64,000 nucleotides of DNA, taken from the IMG/VR virus record IMGVR_UViG_3300032093_000005; one strand, 5' to 3'. The position numbers and the translations under genes are program-made. This stretch comes from a virus (Duplodnaviria; Caudoviricetes). The notes beneath the pieces were generated by a model that saw nothing but the letters and a program-made list of their open reading frames with translations, ran no database searches and was not told the origin of the DNA. Positions 12,249 to 22,301 of the stretch are shown here, in pieces (the first letter of the stretch is position 1; every line of letters begins with the position of its first letter).

Positions 12249-12448
12249 TCTTTGTTTTTTCTATCATACTGATGCCACTTGCACCAACCATCGGCAGCAA
12301 TCTTTCCTTTTACTGCGGTACAGGCATTCGGTGGTCTCCACATATTACAATTGGAGCACTTCTCATTGCCCTTCGGATGATTTTGATATTTTGCTGTTTC
12401 CTTAGAAGACTTTTCTTCTTCTGCTATAAACTCTTGATAGGATTTCAT
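12245..12448 (-). CDS. HiPIP-like [4Fe-4S] protein with T4-type capsid-targeting leader
   Basis: YQNHPKGNEKCSNC-x8-C-x6-I-x3-GWC matches HiPIP Cys spacing; N-terminus MKSYQEFIAE. Confidence 0.75.
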   Translation of the reverse strand: MKSYQEFIAEEEKSSKETAKYQNHPKGNEKCSNCNMWRPPNACTAVKGKIAADGWCKWHQYDRKNKD

Positions 12449-12451
12449 TGG

Positions 12452-12925
12452 TTAAGTTGTCTCTTGTAACATTTTTCTATAACAATCTCTGGCAATAATT
12501 GCTTCATCTATCGTATCATAAGTGCCAACATAGTAGTTAATCTTTTTATGCCACATATTGACTTGATATTTACCAGATGGGACTTTTTTTATATTTCTCA
12601 ACTCACCATTGGGACATCTGCGATTTATATTTTGTGTAGAGTTGTCTGCCCATCTTATATTGCCAGGAATATATCCAGAGTTGTTGTTTATTCTATCAAT
12701 AGAATATCCTTCTGGTCTTTCACCCAAATTTTCATCAATATATTTTAGAAACTTTATAAAACCTGGCGGAGTTTGTGTGGTGCCGTGAAACCCTCTTTCA
12801 GACCACTCTTCAAAAATTTCTATCCCACGAGCACCATACTCTGAATAGTTTATATTTTTTGGATCTTTACATCTGCGTATCATACCATTCCAAGTATGAT
12901 ATAGGGGGTGTTGTGATACTTTCAT
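12452..12925 (-). mobile_element. HNH homing endonuclease with C-terminal AP2-like domain
   Basis: YHTWNGMIRRC...RGI...SIDRINNNSGYIPGNIRWAD; C-terminal GKYQV...YYVGTYDTIDEAIIARD. Confidence 0.85.
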
Positions 12926-12927
12926 TG

Positions 12928-13003
12928 TAAGTCTTGGCGTGACTGATACTATTTATAATAACATATGTGTGGGTCTTACGCAACATAATTCCGCCAAGAC
13001 TTA
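12928..13003 (-). promoter_or_regulatory. Late promoter inside a 12-bp inverted repeat covering the translation start region
   Basis: TAAGTCTTGGCG 12928-12939 / CGCCAAGACTTA 12992-13003; TATAAATA at 12950-12957. Confidence 0.7.
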
Positions 13004-13019
13004 TTGTTGCTGCCCACCA

Positions 13020-13343
13020 TCAATCACGAGTGCGCCAATCAGTGTCATCTTCATCTCTCTTAAACCAATCGTGTAAGTCATCAGGAGAATCAAAACCACG
13101 ACGACCAAATCTTTCGTGACCCAATCCACCAATATCTAATTGATTCATAAAGTCGTCTAAGTCACCTTCTACCATATCTGGATTCTCTGCTCTCCTTCTT
13201 GCCTGACGAAGGATTGTTGCAGCACTTCGGTTTGCTTTGGCGAGTTTTTCACACCAAATCATTTCACTTAATTCAACTGACTCACCTTTTACAATCTTAT
13301 CACAAATTGATTCAAGTCTGAGTCTGTATTGTGTGGAAAGCAT
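13020..13343 (-). CDS. Conserved cyanophage hypothetical protein
   Basis: MLSTQYRLRLESIC...W..KLAKAN motif recalled from cyanomyoviruses. Confidence 0.55.
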   Translation of the reverse strand: MLSTQYRLRLESICDKIVKGESVELSEMIWCEKLAKANRSAATILRQARRRAENPDMVEGDLDDFMNQLDIGGLGHERFGRRGFDSPDDLHDWFKRDEDDTDWRTRD

Positions 13344-13363
13344 ATTCTAACTCCAGATATGGG

Positions 13364-13597
13364 TTATTTATTTTTGTATTCATCCATTAACTCTTTTGCG
13401 AGTTTCATAGACCGACGCCACATAAGATACTTCACAATCGGATTTGCAGGATTATGTAATATCCACCACTTTGTCTTTTCATATTGAACTCTTGCAAGTT
13501 GAGTGAGCATATAAAACCCTCTTGCGACTGATTGATCGGTGATAATCAGATATGCGATGCAAAAGAATATGATAAAGTAAATGTATGAGGTACTCAT
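13364..13597 (-). CDS. Small membrane protein
   Basis: N-terminal hydrophobic helix. Confidence 0.45.
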   Translation of the reverse strand: MSTSYIYFIIFFCIAYLIITDQSVARGFYMLTQLARVQYEKTKWWILHNPANPIVKYLMWRRSMKLAKELMDEYKNK

Positions 13598-13951
13598 TGT
13601 CTTAGAGTTTTGAGATATTCTAACACATGCTCACGAACAATCATGAGTTCGTTGTAACATTCTTGATTATGAGCACAGTTTCTCAATTCATGATCTGGTT
13701 TCAGAACACTCTCTTCAAATAAAGTCAAACCACGATTCCATTTATCGGATTGAGATTCATTTTGCATCTTTTTTAATCACCACAGGGCAGGATGGAATAG
13801 TTTCACGAATGAGATTGATAAGTTCTACTTTGATTTCATTCGATAACATTTTATGTGTTCGAATTCGATTGATAACATCATGAGCTTGACCGCAGGTGAT
13901 AATCGTAGTGAGAAACAGAGCAGTCATAGCTCTCTCCTATTCTCAAAATAT

Positions 13952-14158
13952 TTATTGACCAAATCCCTTGCTCTTAACCTTTTGTTTATCTTTTACGATG
14001 ATAACATCTAAAAAATCGGGGATCTGGCAGTTCTGGAACCAGAACCCCTGAGCATCCGTCCAATTGTCGAAAAATACCTTTTTGTCATTTTTCAGGACAA
14101 CTTCATAGGTATGTCTATCATAAGGGACATCAGATGTGACTTTAAATGTCTGAGTCAT
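13952..14158 (-). CDS. Hypothetical protein
   Basis: 68-aa ORF ending KSKGFG, overlaps the upstream gene's stop. Confidence 0.5.
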   Translation of the reverse strand: MTQTFKVTSDVPYDRHTYEVVLKNDKKVFFDNWTDAQGFWFQNCQIPDFLDVIIVKDKQKVKSKGFGQ

Positions 14159-14376
14159 AGAAATTTGTCCAGTGATGAGACTGATTTGCCGTTCATTGCC
14201 TTCTGAATATAAGACTTGGCAGTCTTATAGGTGCTGGCAGTGTGAACTTGCTGCCCATTGTGAATGATAACAAACTTTTTACCATAAGGAACGGCAGCCC
14301 ACATGCCATCCTTAGTCACATATCCGTTGGGGTCTCCTGGTTTAGGATTCAGAATACCTTCATTTTGTATATTCAT
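14155..14376 (-). CDS. Hypothetical protein
   Basis: 73-aa ORF abutting the methyltransferase. Confidence 0.5.
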   Translation of the reverse strand: MNIQNEGILNPKPGDPNGYVTKDGMWAAVPYGKKFVIIHNGQQVHTASTYKTAKSYIQKAMNGKSVSSLDKFL

Positions 14377-14377
14377 T

Positions 14378-15166
14378 TCAGTTAAAAAATTGATCTAAAG
14401 GATTAAAAGATCGGATTCGTTCCATTGCCATATTAACATACTCCTCATGAATTTCAACTCCAAGATACTTCCGTTTCAAATCAATACATGAAATTGCAGT
14501 TGTCCCAGATCCCATAAAAGGATCAAGAACTAAATCACCAATGTAACTGTAATACTTAATGATACGATCAGACAGTTCTTTTGGATAGGGCGCTAAATGA
14601 TCTGAATGTGTTTCTGGATTGATCTTCCATACGTTAGATCGTTCATAGTCTTCATTGACAAGTGATTGCTCTAATACATCACCATCATAAGATCGAACAA
14701 CTTTATCAATTAAGAATGGTGCTGGTTTCTGAAATACAAAGATAGTCTCAGTTACAATGTTTGGTTTGTATGCAACTGGTTTGCGATGTTGAAAGAATCC
14801 ACCATTACGATTAATTGATGCACCCTCAGGTTTTAACCAGATAATATCATCAATGTATTTCCATCCCATTTGTTCCATTAAAGTAAAAAAATGAAATGGA
14901 ATTGCAAGACGTTTACTCTCATGTGCCCGTGATTGTCTTGCCTCAATCACTGGAGAAAGATTTACAACACACATTCTACCTGGTTGAGTGACTCTTAACA
15001 CTTCAAGAAACACATTTCTCAAGAAGTCAAGATACTCTTGGTAAGTTGGCCAAGTTGAATATTCTCTGGCGTTATAATATGGAGGAGAGGTGCAAGTAAG
15101 ATGCACACTCTCACTTTCTATTTCTTTTAAAAGTCGGGATGAATCTCCCTGTAAGATCTGATCCAT
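14378..15166 (-). CDS. N4-cytosine/N6-adenine DNA methyltransferase (beta class)
   Basis: Catalytic TSPPYY near the N-terminus; HLAPYP and VLDPFMGSGTT SAM-binding motif near the C-terminus. Confidence 0.92.
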   Translation of the reverse strand: MDQILQGDSSRLLKEIESESVHLTCTSPPYYNAREYSTWPTYQEYLDFLRNVFLEVLRVTQPGRMCVVNLSPVIEARQSRAHESKRLAIPFHFFTLMEQMGWKYIDDIIWLKPEGASINRNGGFFQHRKPVAYKPNIVTETIFVFQKPAPFLIDKVVRSYDGDVLEQSLVNEDYERSNVWKINPETHSDHLAPYPKELSDRIIKYYSYIGDLVLDPFMGSGTTAISCIDLKRKYLGVEIHEEYVNMAMERIRSFNPLDQFFN

Positions 15167-15591
15167 TGAATTTTTCTACTCGATGCTTTGTTACTATCAC
15201 AATCACCGTTAATTAGTGATTTTCGACCATGACACAGTTTACAATAAGTTTTAACATTGTCTGGAATATTGTTATGATGATCGCCATCTAGATGGTCAAG
15301 ATCCAAACTGTTTTCAAATCCAACCCATCCATCTTTAGGAACTGGACAAGTCCATCCAAGATGTCCATCATGATTTTCACAATATGATTTCTTATGAATT
15401 GTAACTCCAGGAATTACTTTACCATTCTTTCGAGCACTAGTGCAACGGGAACATTCGGATTTGAAAGACCAATACTTCCATTCTCGCACAAGAACTTTAT
15501 TATTACAACCATCATTGACACATGTAGGAAGTTCATGCCCTTCGACAAAGAACTTCTCTTTCATTTGTTTGGAAAGACTCAACATAATCAA
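15127..15591 (-). CDS. HNH endonuclease with Zn-binding Cys pairs
   Basis: CSRC and LDLDHLDGDHHNNIPDNVKTYCKLCH. Confidence 0.8.
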   Translation of the reverse strand: MIMLSLSKQMKEKFFVEGHELPTCVNDGCNNKVLVREWKYWSFKSECSRCTSARKNGKVIPGVTIHKKSYCENHDGHLGWTCPVPKDGWVGFENSLDLDHLDGDHHNNIPDNVKTYCKLCHGRKSLINGDCDSNKASSRKIQWIRSYREIHPDF

Positions 15592-15728
15592 AATACAATG
15601 TTAGAGGACATTACACGGGCATTTGGATATTGTGCAAGAGCAACTTGTATTGCTTCTTGACGATTGCGGGCATAACACTCAACATAGAATGTTTGTCCAC
15701 TAACCATGCAGGTGACACGATGCTTCAT
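15588..15728 (-). CDS. Small hypothetical protein (46 aa, MKHRVTC...)
   Basis: C-terminal part of ORF-track entry 15588-15857; the internal start avoids overlap with the helicase. Confidence 0.45.
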   Translation of the reverse strand: MKHRVTCMVSGQTFYVECYARNRQEAIQVALAQYPNARVMSSNIVF

Positions 15729-15735
15729 AATTACC

Positions 15736-17016
15736 TCAGCGTTTGATGGTGGAGATTGCAGGTTCGCCTTGAACAAAGATCGTCTCAGCGACACTCTGCA
15801 AACGTTTGGCAGTTGCGATGCCAACGTTACTATACACGGGAACATGAATGAACCCATAGGACTTGTGATAGTCCTTCAACTGTCCAGGCACCAAAGAACC
15901 CTCTGAGAGGCGCTTAGAATCGTCTGGATGGAGGCGAATCACACGCCCAATGGTCTGTGCCATAGCAATGTAATCCATGTTCCTCATGAGGACGCAGGAG
16001 GTCAATCCAGGACAGTTGATACCCTCAGAAAGGATGCTGTAGTGAAGAATGATGAACTTCTTCTCAGGATCCTTACCCCATGCAGTCAGAGTGTCAAAAA
16101 ACAGTTCACGGGAAACCTTTTTGTTGTTGATGAATGCACCATACTTTGCAGTCACCCACAATACATCATAACCATGTGACTGAACTTCTGTCATAAAATC
16201 AGTCTCAGCAAGCATTCGAACCAACACTTTAGTATTGGGTGCTGCTACCAAAACCTTCTGCATATTGTCCTCATTGAGAATCTTATCCAGAAGAGTCATG
16301 CAATCACGCTCTGCTGCATCATCTTTGTCACGAATTGCATTGATCTGACTCACACAAACCTGAGGAGGAACAATGAAACCACCTTCAACCAATTCAGGTG
16401 CAGCAACATTACAAATTACTTGACCATATACAGATCCATCATTCATGCCAGGTTTGGAAATAGTAGCAGAATGCTTAGGAGTAGCAGTGAAGAAATAGCA
16501 GCGGTTAGCAGTAGCAGAGAAGTGTTTTGTAGCAGGGAAAAAATGACTCTTAACACTGTTGTGTGCTTCATCAAAGTAAATAGTGTCAATATGAATGTCT
16601 GCTTGCTGTAGACGCTGTAGAGAGTTGTAGGTAGTGAAGATCAGTTTGTGTTTGGGAGCATCAGGATTGAATGCACTAGTCACAATTTGATTCCAATACT
16701 GAATCTCAGAGGGTTTTGTAGTGCTAAAATGCCTTGTTTCCCCCGAATGGATATGAATAACAGATGCATTAGTAACATACTCCAAGAATTCAGCAGACAA
16801 CTGTTCACTCAAAAGAATACGAGGAGCAACTACAACAATAGTTTGAGGATCGCTATTGGAAAACTCTTTGATCGCATCAGCAATCATGGTCAGAGTCTTT
16901 CCAGCACCAGTCGGCATGATCAATTGACCAATACGATACTTGAGCATTGCTTCAAGACCGCGTTGCTGGTGAGGACGGAGTTGAATCACAGGGATCATTG
17001 CGTATGAGACTATCAT
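15736..17016 (-). CDS. Superfamily 2 DEAD/DEAH-like helicase (ResIII-like)
   Basis: LRPHQ Q-motif, MPTGAGKT, FDEAH, TATP, LSEGIN, QTIGRVIR. Confidence 0.9.
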   Translation of the reverse strand: MIVSYAMIPVIQLRPHQQRGLEAMLKYRIGQLIMPTGAGKTLTMIADAIKEFSNSDPQTIVVVAPRILLSEQLSAEFLEYVTNASVIHIHSGETRHFSTTKPSEIQYWNQIVTSAFNPDAPKHKLIFTTYNSLQRLQQADIHIDTIYFDEAHNSVKSHFFPATKHFSATANRCYFFTATPKHSATISKPGMNDGSVYGQVICNVAAPELVEGGFIVPPQVCVSQINAIRDKDDAAERDCMTLLDKILNEDNMQKVLVAAPNTKVLVRMLAETDFMTEVQSHGYDVLWVTAKYGAFINNKKVSRELFFDTLTAWGKDPEKKFIILHYSILSEGINCPGLTSCVLMRNMDYIAMAQTIGRVIRLHPDDSKRLSEGSLVPGQLKDYHKSYGFIHVPVYSNVGIATAKRLQSVAETIFVQGEPAISTIKR

Positions 17017-17112
17017 AGCAGAAAACCGTCCCTGATGCGACTCAGTGGACGGTTTCCTAAGTGTCCTATGAAGCTTTAGATTCTCATCTTCAACCGGGAC
17101 AAAGGTAGTCTA

Positions 17113-17445
17113 CTAGGATTGTTGTTTTTTGTCAATATCTTCAGCAATTTTTTGAAATTTTGAATCCCAAGTTTCTTTATCAGCATCCCATTTACTTAGT
17201 GGGCATGAGTCAAGGATAATTTTTGCCTTTGCAGGAACATAGCATCCACATTCTCTGCAACGATTTTCTAATTCATCATACTTATCACAACCTTTGCATG
17301 TTTCAATTCTTTGTTTATAAATTTCGTCAGAAACAAAGAGAATTGCATCACGATTTTGAGTTATGTATTGAACTAATTCCCAAGAAAAATTAGCAAGATT
17401 TTTGGTTTGTTCTATAAGAGAAGGATAATTTTTATCTTCAGACAT
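17113..17445 (-). CDS. Cys-rich hypothetical protein (DUF6171-like)
   Basis: RIETCKGC...CRECGCYVPAKAK...SCPLSKW. Confidence 0.55.
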   Translation of the reverse strand: MSEDKNYPSLIEQTKNLANFSWELVQYITQNRDAILFVSDEIYKQRIETCKGCDKYDELENRCRECGCYVPAKAKIILDSCPLSKWDADKETWDSKFQKIAEDIDKKQQS

Positions 17446-17471
17446 TGTTTTTATATTTCAACTAAAAATAT

Positions 17472-19013
17472 TTATTGTGGTTGATAAGATCCCTTTATAG
17501 TTGATGCATTTATTGATCCTGATATTGTATAATTTGATCCAACAATTGCCGATCCACCATTTCCTGCACCTGTAGCTCCTGTGGTGCCAGATCCAGATGT
17601 TGCCCAATCTCCACCAGAACCACCGGATTCTCCATTTGATCCACGAGTAGCACCACAAGTTGATGGGCTATACGACAAAGTATATTGATCAACAGAGGTT
17701 ATATAAATTCTTGCATTTGTATCATCTCCACTATTGTCTCTCAACTTAACACCATTATCTCTAATTAGAACATTTCTTGGATTTCCAGAAATTTGCACCA
17801 TATATGTCTTTGGAGATACATTAAAAGTATATCTTCTAATTCCATTTTTAAAATTCCATGAGAATATTTCTGCATACGCTGCAGTATTACCATCACGAAC
17901 TCTAATCGTATCGTAACATCTACCATTAGTATTTGGATTATCATTTGTATCAATTTCCATAGTAATTCGGGCAGATCCACTCCCAGTTACATTTAAGAAA
18001 GCATCATCATTATTTTCTGTCCAGTAATATCCGATAGATGATAAGGAATATCCAGCACCTGCAGGATCCGAACCAAGACCTCCAGGAGACCCTAATAAAG
18101 TTCCATCTTGATTATTATATCCTCTACCATATCCACCTGTTCCTCCATATCCACCTGCTCCAGCAGTGATTGTTGAATATTGAGTACATCGACGATACTG
18201 AGTATTTTTCACACATCGTTCACAACAACCCCAGCACCAATCGCAAGTAGATTGACAACAATTCCCACCCCAAGTTCCAGCATCATTATAACCACTACCG
18301 CAACCAGGAGCTCCGCCACATCCTTGAGTCGTATATTCATTATAACAAGATCCTGCGCCTCCAGGAGCACCTTGAGATCCTCTCTCACCTCCACCGCCGC
18401 CACCATATACTTGTGCCGATGGTCTTAATAAAACATTAACATTATTTCCACCGATGGGAGATAACGAAAAAGCGTTTCCACCATTCTCACCTCCAGGATC
18501 AGGTGCGCCATTACCAGTTCCACCTCCTCTTCCAGAAGCACCAAAAATTTGACCAAAAACATCAATTACCAAATTATGTGCAATTGTATTCAATATTGCA
18601 GATGGAGTAGAAGTATTTACAGATCCACAGATTCCATCAATAAACAAAAATTTTCTAATGTTCTTATTTAAATTATTATTCCAAGATTGATTTGAGATAT
18701 CAAGATTAAGTTCAGTATCACTTTGAGTAAGATAATAATATTTTACTGAATTTCTAAATTGTGATGTTTTCCAATTATTTGATGTTGAAATATTGGCATT
18801 TTCGGTAGAATCTGGAACAACTGGGTCTGTATTTGTTGTACTTATGATTCTTTTTAGTTCTGAAACACTAATTTGACCAGTATCACTATTAAATGTCTCA
18901 GTTGTAGAAGAGGTTTGTTTTCTCTGCTGAGCACGAAAATTAGATCTTAAAGAACTAAAGGAAATAGCACCTGAAGAGTAATAAGGACCAGCTTTTGATA
19001 CTGTTACTGCCAT
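17472..19013 (-). CDS. Glycine-rich tail fibre/virion protein with Cys-rich insert
   Basis: SGAISFSSLR N-terminus, GGGGGG and GxGG runs, central C/W-rich segment. Confidence 0.6.
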   Translation of the reverse strand: MAVTVSKAGPYYSSGAISFSSLRSNFRAQQRKQTSSTTETFNSDTGQISVSELKRIISTTNTDPVVPDSTENANISTSNNWKTSQFRNSVKYYYLTQSDTELNLDISNQSWNNNLNKNIRKFLFIDGICGSVNTSTPSAILNTIAHNLVIDVFGQIFGASGRGGGTGNGAPDPGGENGGNAFSLSPIGGNNVNVLLRPSAQVYGGGGGGERGSQGAPGGAGSCYNEYTTQGCGGAPGCGSGYNDAGTWGGNCCQSTCDWCWGCCERCVKNTQYRRCTQYSTITAGAGGYGGTGGYGRGYNNQDGTLLGSPGGLGSDPAGAGYSLSSIGYYWTENNDDAFLNVTGSGSARITMEIDTNDNPNTNGRCYDTIRVRDGNTAAYAEIFSWNFKNGIRRYTFNVSPKTYMVQISGNPRNVLIRDNGVKLRDNSGDDTNARIYITSVDQYTLSYSPSTCGATRGSNGESGGSGGDWATSGSGTTGATGAGNGGSAIVGSNYTISGSINASTIKGSYQPQ

Positions 19014-19030
19014 TACACTGAGTTTTTCCT

Positions 19031-20488
19031 TTATTTATGAATGGCGTTTATAATTTCTTTATGTGATATTCTTTGATTTTCTAATTTTTTAATTTTCGTA
19101 TATTCATAATGTTCTTTTGCAAATTCTAAAATCTGTTGTTTATTTCTTTTTGAATTTAAGAAATCTCGAATTGCATTTTTATCAAACATATTTAATCCGT
19201 TTGAAACTTGAATAAAATTATCAAGTGACCAAACAAATTTGGTTGAATTATTGCCTAGATTTTTAGCATCTAAAAACTCGTACTTACATTTTTCCTCAAA
19301 ATCTCTGACCCATTCAGTTTTATTTTCAGTCATGTATTTCCAAAAGTCAGAATCAAATCTATTTGTATTATAATGAAGACAAATAAAATCCACGATGACT
19401 TTATAAGCATTTAGGTTTATTTCATTAAATTTTTTTCTATTATATTCCAAGAAGGTTAAATTTGAATTTAAAGAAATAAAATCTTTAATTTGATTTATGA
19501 TAATGTGAATACCAGTAGACTCTAGCGGTTCTACAAATCCACTTGAAAGACCAATTGCTAAACAATTTCCAACCCATGCTTGATCATAATATCCAGGTTT
19601 ATAGTAAATAATTTTGTCTGTTTGCAATCTAACTCCAAATTTTTCTAATAGCCAACAATTATATTTTGTTTTTGCTTCTTCATCTGAAGTAAATCTGGAA
19701 GAATAAAGATATCCAGTTCCATATCGATTTCCAATTGGTATCTGCCATATCCATCCATTATCTGTCGCTTCTGCTAACGTGTAAGATGGCACTTCTTCAA
19801 AATCATATGGAATTTGTTGTGGAATTGCTCTGTCAATTGGCAAATAATCTGTAATGTCATTCCACTTTACCTTTAAGTTTTTAATTAACATAGAGTTAAA
19901 TCCAGAGGCATCAATATAAAAATCTGCTTTTACATTTCCACTATTTTTGAAATCTATACTTTCAATTTGATTATTTTCAATATTAATTTTTTCAGCAATA
20001 TCATCAATAAAATCAATCTCGTTATTCATCTTTCCAAAAATATAATTTGAAAATTCTTGTGTATCAATGTGCAGCGCATGACTATAATCAAAAGTTTTTT
20101 TTGGTAATGTAGATGTTGCTTCATTATAAAGTAGACCACCATTATAGCAATCGTTTAGAATAGAATAGATTGCACTTGATTGATCCGACTCCCCCCAAAA
20201 AGAAACTTCTTTAAATCCATGAAAATATTCTGTATTGGGAATCCAATTTTTAAAATTTATTCCTAATTTTACACTTACATTTAAGTCTCTAATTAAATCT
20301 TCAGTTTTTATTCCCAGAGAATTAAGGAATAAATGAATAATTGGTGTAGTACTTTCACCAACACCTATATTTTTTCTTTTGGCATCAAAATATAGAGAAA
20401 CTTGAACTTTATCTCCCCAATATTTTTTAATCATTGATGCTGCAATCAATCCAGAGGTTCCTGCCCCCAAAACAATAAATTTTTTCAT
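19031..20488 (-). CDS. Tryptophan halogenase-family flavin-dependent halogenase
   Basis: GAGTSG FAD motif, GVGESTTP, GWIWQIP (WxWxIP), GFVEPLESTG. Confidence 0.9.
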   Translation of the reverse strand: MKKFIVLGAGTSGLIAASMIKKYWGDKVQVSLYFDAKRKNIGVGESTTPIIHLFLNSLGIKTEDLIRDLNVSVKLGINFKNWIPNTEYFHGFKEVSFWGESDQSSAIYSILNDCYNGGLLYNEATSTLPKKTFDYSHALHIDTQEFSNYIFGKMNNEIDFIDDIAEKINIENNQIESIDFKNSGNVKADFYIDASGFNSMLIKNLKVKWNDITDYLPIDRAIPQQIPYDFEEVPSYTLAEATDNGWIWQIPIGNRYGTGYLYSSRFTSDEEAKTKYNCWLLEKFGVRLQTDKIIYYKPGYYDQAWVGNCLAIGLSSGFVEPLESTGIHIIINQIKDFISLNSNLTFLEYNRKKFNEINLNAYKVIVDFICLHYNTNRFDSDFWKYMTENKTEWVRDFEEKCKYEFLDAKNLGNNSTKFVWSLDNFIQVSNGLNMFDKNAIRDFLNSKRNKQQILEFAKEHYEYTKIKKLENQRISHKEIINAIHK

Positions 20489-20499
20489 AAAATTATAAA

Positions 20500-22284
20500 T
20501 TAATGGAAATCAGTCCACCCAACTCCAGTATATCCTTGAAATTTATTTGTATCCGTATTAAAAATAAATGCTCCAGCAACAGTTACTAAACCCACTCTTT
20601 GAGCAGTTGTTAGTCTTGGAGGTAACATATATGCTCTAGATCCAACGCCTTCACCGGGCAATAAACCTGGTGAAGATTTCCCAGCATCAGAAAAATCAAC
20701 TGCAGAACGAACCGCTGTTGTTCCTACACCTACACCTCCAGATCCTCTTATATAAAGTACAGAATTATATAAGTTTGTTGTTGCATTATATTGGACAATT
20801 GATTTTCCTTCTATATACAATCCCTCACCATTAGTGGTTGTAGTTCCAATTCCAACGTTATCACTAATAGTTTGCCCAGAAACTTTTAAAGCGACGGTAG
20901 GAATTTGTGCTGTTCCAACTCCTACATTTCCAAAAAGGGCAGTTTTTTCTCTAACATCTAGATTAGCAATTGGGATGGTTGTTCCAATACCAACACTATT
21001 AACAACACTCAAATTACTTGATATACCAACATTAAAGAATGTGGATATTCCAGATGTATTGCTAATATTTTTATTGTTAAGGATCGTTGGTAAATCAAAC
21101 GTTCCGGCTGATATTGTACCAAGTATATTTACATTTCCACTAAAAAATCCAGTTCCATTTGCATTAATTGTAACTCCAGTTCCAACTTGTAGATTTCCTT
21201 GTGGATCTGTATTCCCAATACCTAACCTTCCATCATAAGTTAGTGTCATTAATTCGACAAATGTTTGTCCATAGAACCAATTAAACCTACCAGTGCCAAT
21301 TCCCATAGGACCAGCATGTAAGTACATACTGAAATCACCAGTATCATTGTTTAAAATCTCAAGTGTCCTGTCTATATCACCAAATCTTAAAAGTGCTGTG
21401 CTTTTTCCTACTCCAACAGATTGACCAATACTAATTCTTGCATTTCCACTATTGGAAATAACTTCTAAGAGTGATCCAGATTCTTTTCTAATTTGCAATT
21501 CTGATGTTGGTAATGCTGTTCCAACACCAATTCTCCCAGAATTAAGAGCAGCAAATGCAGTTCCTCCAGTTCCAACATGAGATCTTGTAAATACTGTTGA
21601 TACTCCAGTTGTTGAAAATCCACTATTAATTGAATTGACTGTAATATCTGCTGTTGTTGTAATTGAAGATGCAGTTGATGCTATTCCAGTTAAATTTCCA
21701 TAAAAACCCGTTGTTGCTGTTATAATTCCAACATTAATATTTGATGGTAATCTTGCATTATCAATTGTTCCAGTTAATTGTGGAGCATTAAGACCAGTAA
21801 GACCAATACCAGAACCAGTGAAACTTGCTGCAGTTATAATTCCAGAATATGATGCATTTCCATTTGAATTAATTGTAACTCCAGTTCCAATTTGTAAATT
21901 TCCTCTTGGAATCGTAGTTCCTATACCAACGCTGAAGGATGTAGAAATTGTAGAATTACTGCTGTTTACATACCATCCATCAACAGCAATTGCATAGATG
22001 TCAGTTAATCCAGATGCACTTCCTGAAAATAATTCTGCTGTAACAACACCAGAAACTGATACATTTTGTGTTACACTCAAAATTCCTACTGTTGTAACAC
22101 CAGAAACATTTAGATCTTTTGTTACTGTAGCACCAGTAACTCTAGTATCGCCATAAACATTTAACAAATATTCGGTAGGAACGGAAGTTCCAATTCCCAC
22201 CAAACCATTTGCATTTACAACGAAATTATCATCATCAACTTGAACACCATTTCTAAGGTTAAATGACTTTCTATAATTTGCCAT
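20500..22284 (-). CDS. Tail fibre protein
   Basis: Repeated VGIGT/VGVGT beta-motifs; C-terminal IFNTDTNKFQGYTGVGW. Confidence 0.75.
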   Translation of the reverse strand: MANYRKSFNLRNGVQVDDDNFVVNANGLVGIGTSVPTEYLLNVYGDTRVTGATVTKDLNVSGVTTVGILSVTQNVSVSGVVTAELFSGSASGLTDIYAIAVDGWYVNSSNSTISTSFSVGIGTTIPRGNLQIGTGVTINSNGNASYSGIITAASFTGSGIGLTGLNAPQLTGTIDNARLPSNINVGIITATTGFYGNLTGIASTASSITTTADITVNSINSGFSTTGVSTVFTRSHVGTGGTAFAALNSGRIGVGTALPTSELQIRKESGSLLEVISNSGNARISIGQSVGVGKSTALLRFGDIDRTLEILNNDTGDFSMYLHAGPMGIGTGRFNWFYGQTFVELMTLTYDGRLGIGNTDPQGNLQVGTGVTINANGTGFFSGNVNILGTISAGTFDLPTILNNKNISNTSGISTFFNVGISSNLSVVNSVGIGTTIPIANLDVREKTALFGNVGVGTAQIPTVALKVSGQTISDNVGIGTTTTNGEGLYIEGKSIVQYNATTNLYNSVLYIRGSGGVGVGTTAVRSAVDFSDAGKSSPGLLPGEGVGSRAYMLPPRLTTAQRVGLVTVAGAFIFNTDTNKFQGYTGVGWTDFH

Positions 22285-22301
22285 CTTATATGGTTTTTTA
22301 G

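Noticed and set aside
17458-18428. Several short alternative-frame ORFs inside the Gly-rich fibre gene
   Set aside because: By-products of low-complexity GGT/GGA coding; no independent start signals.
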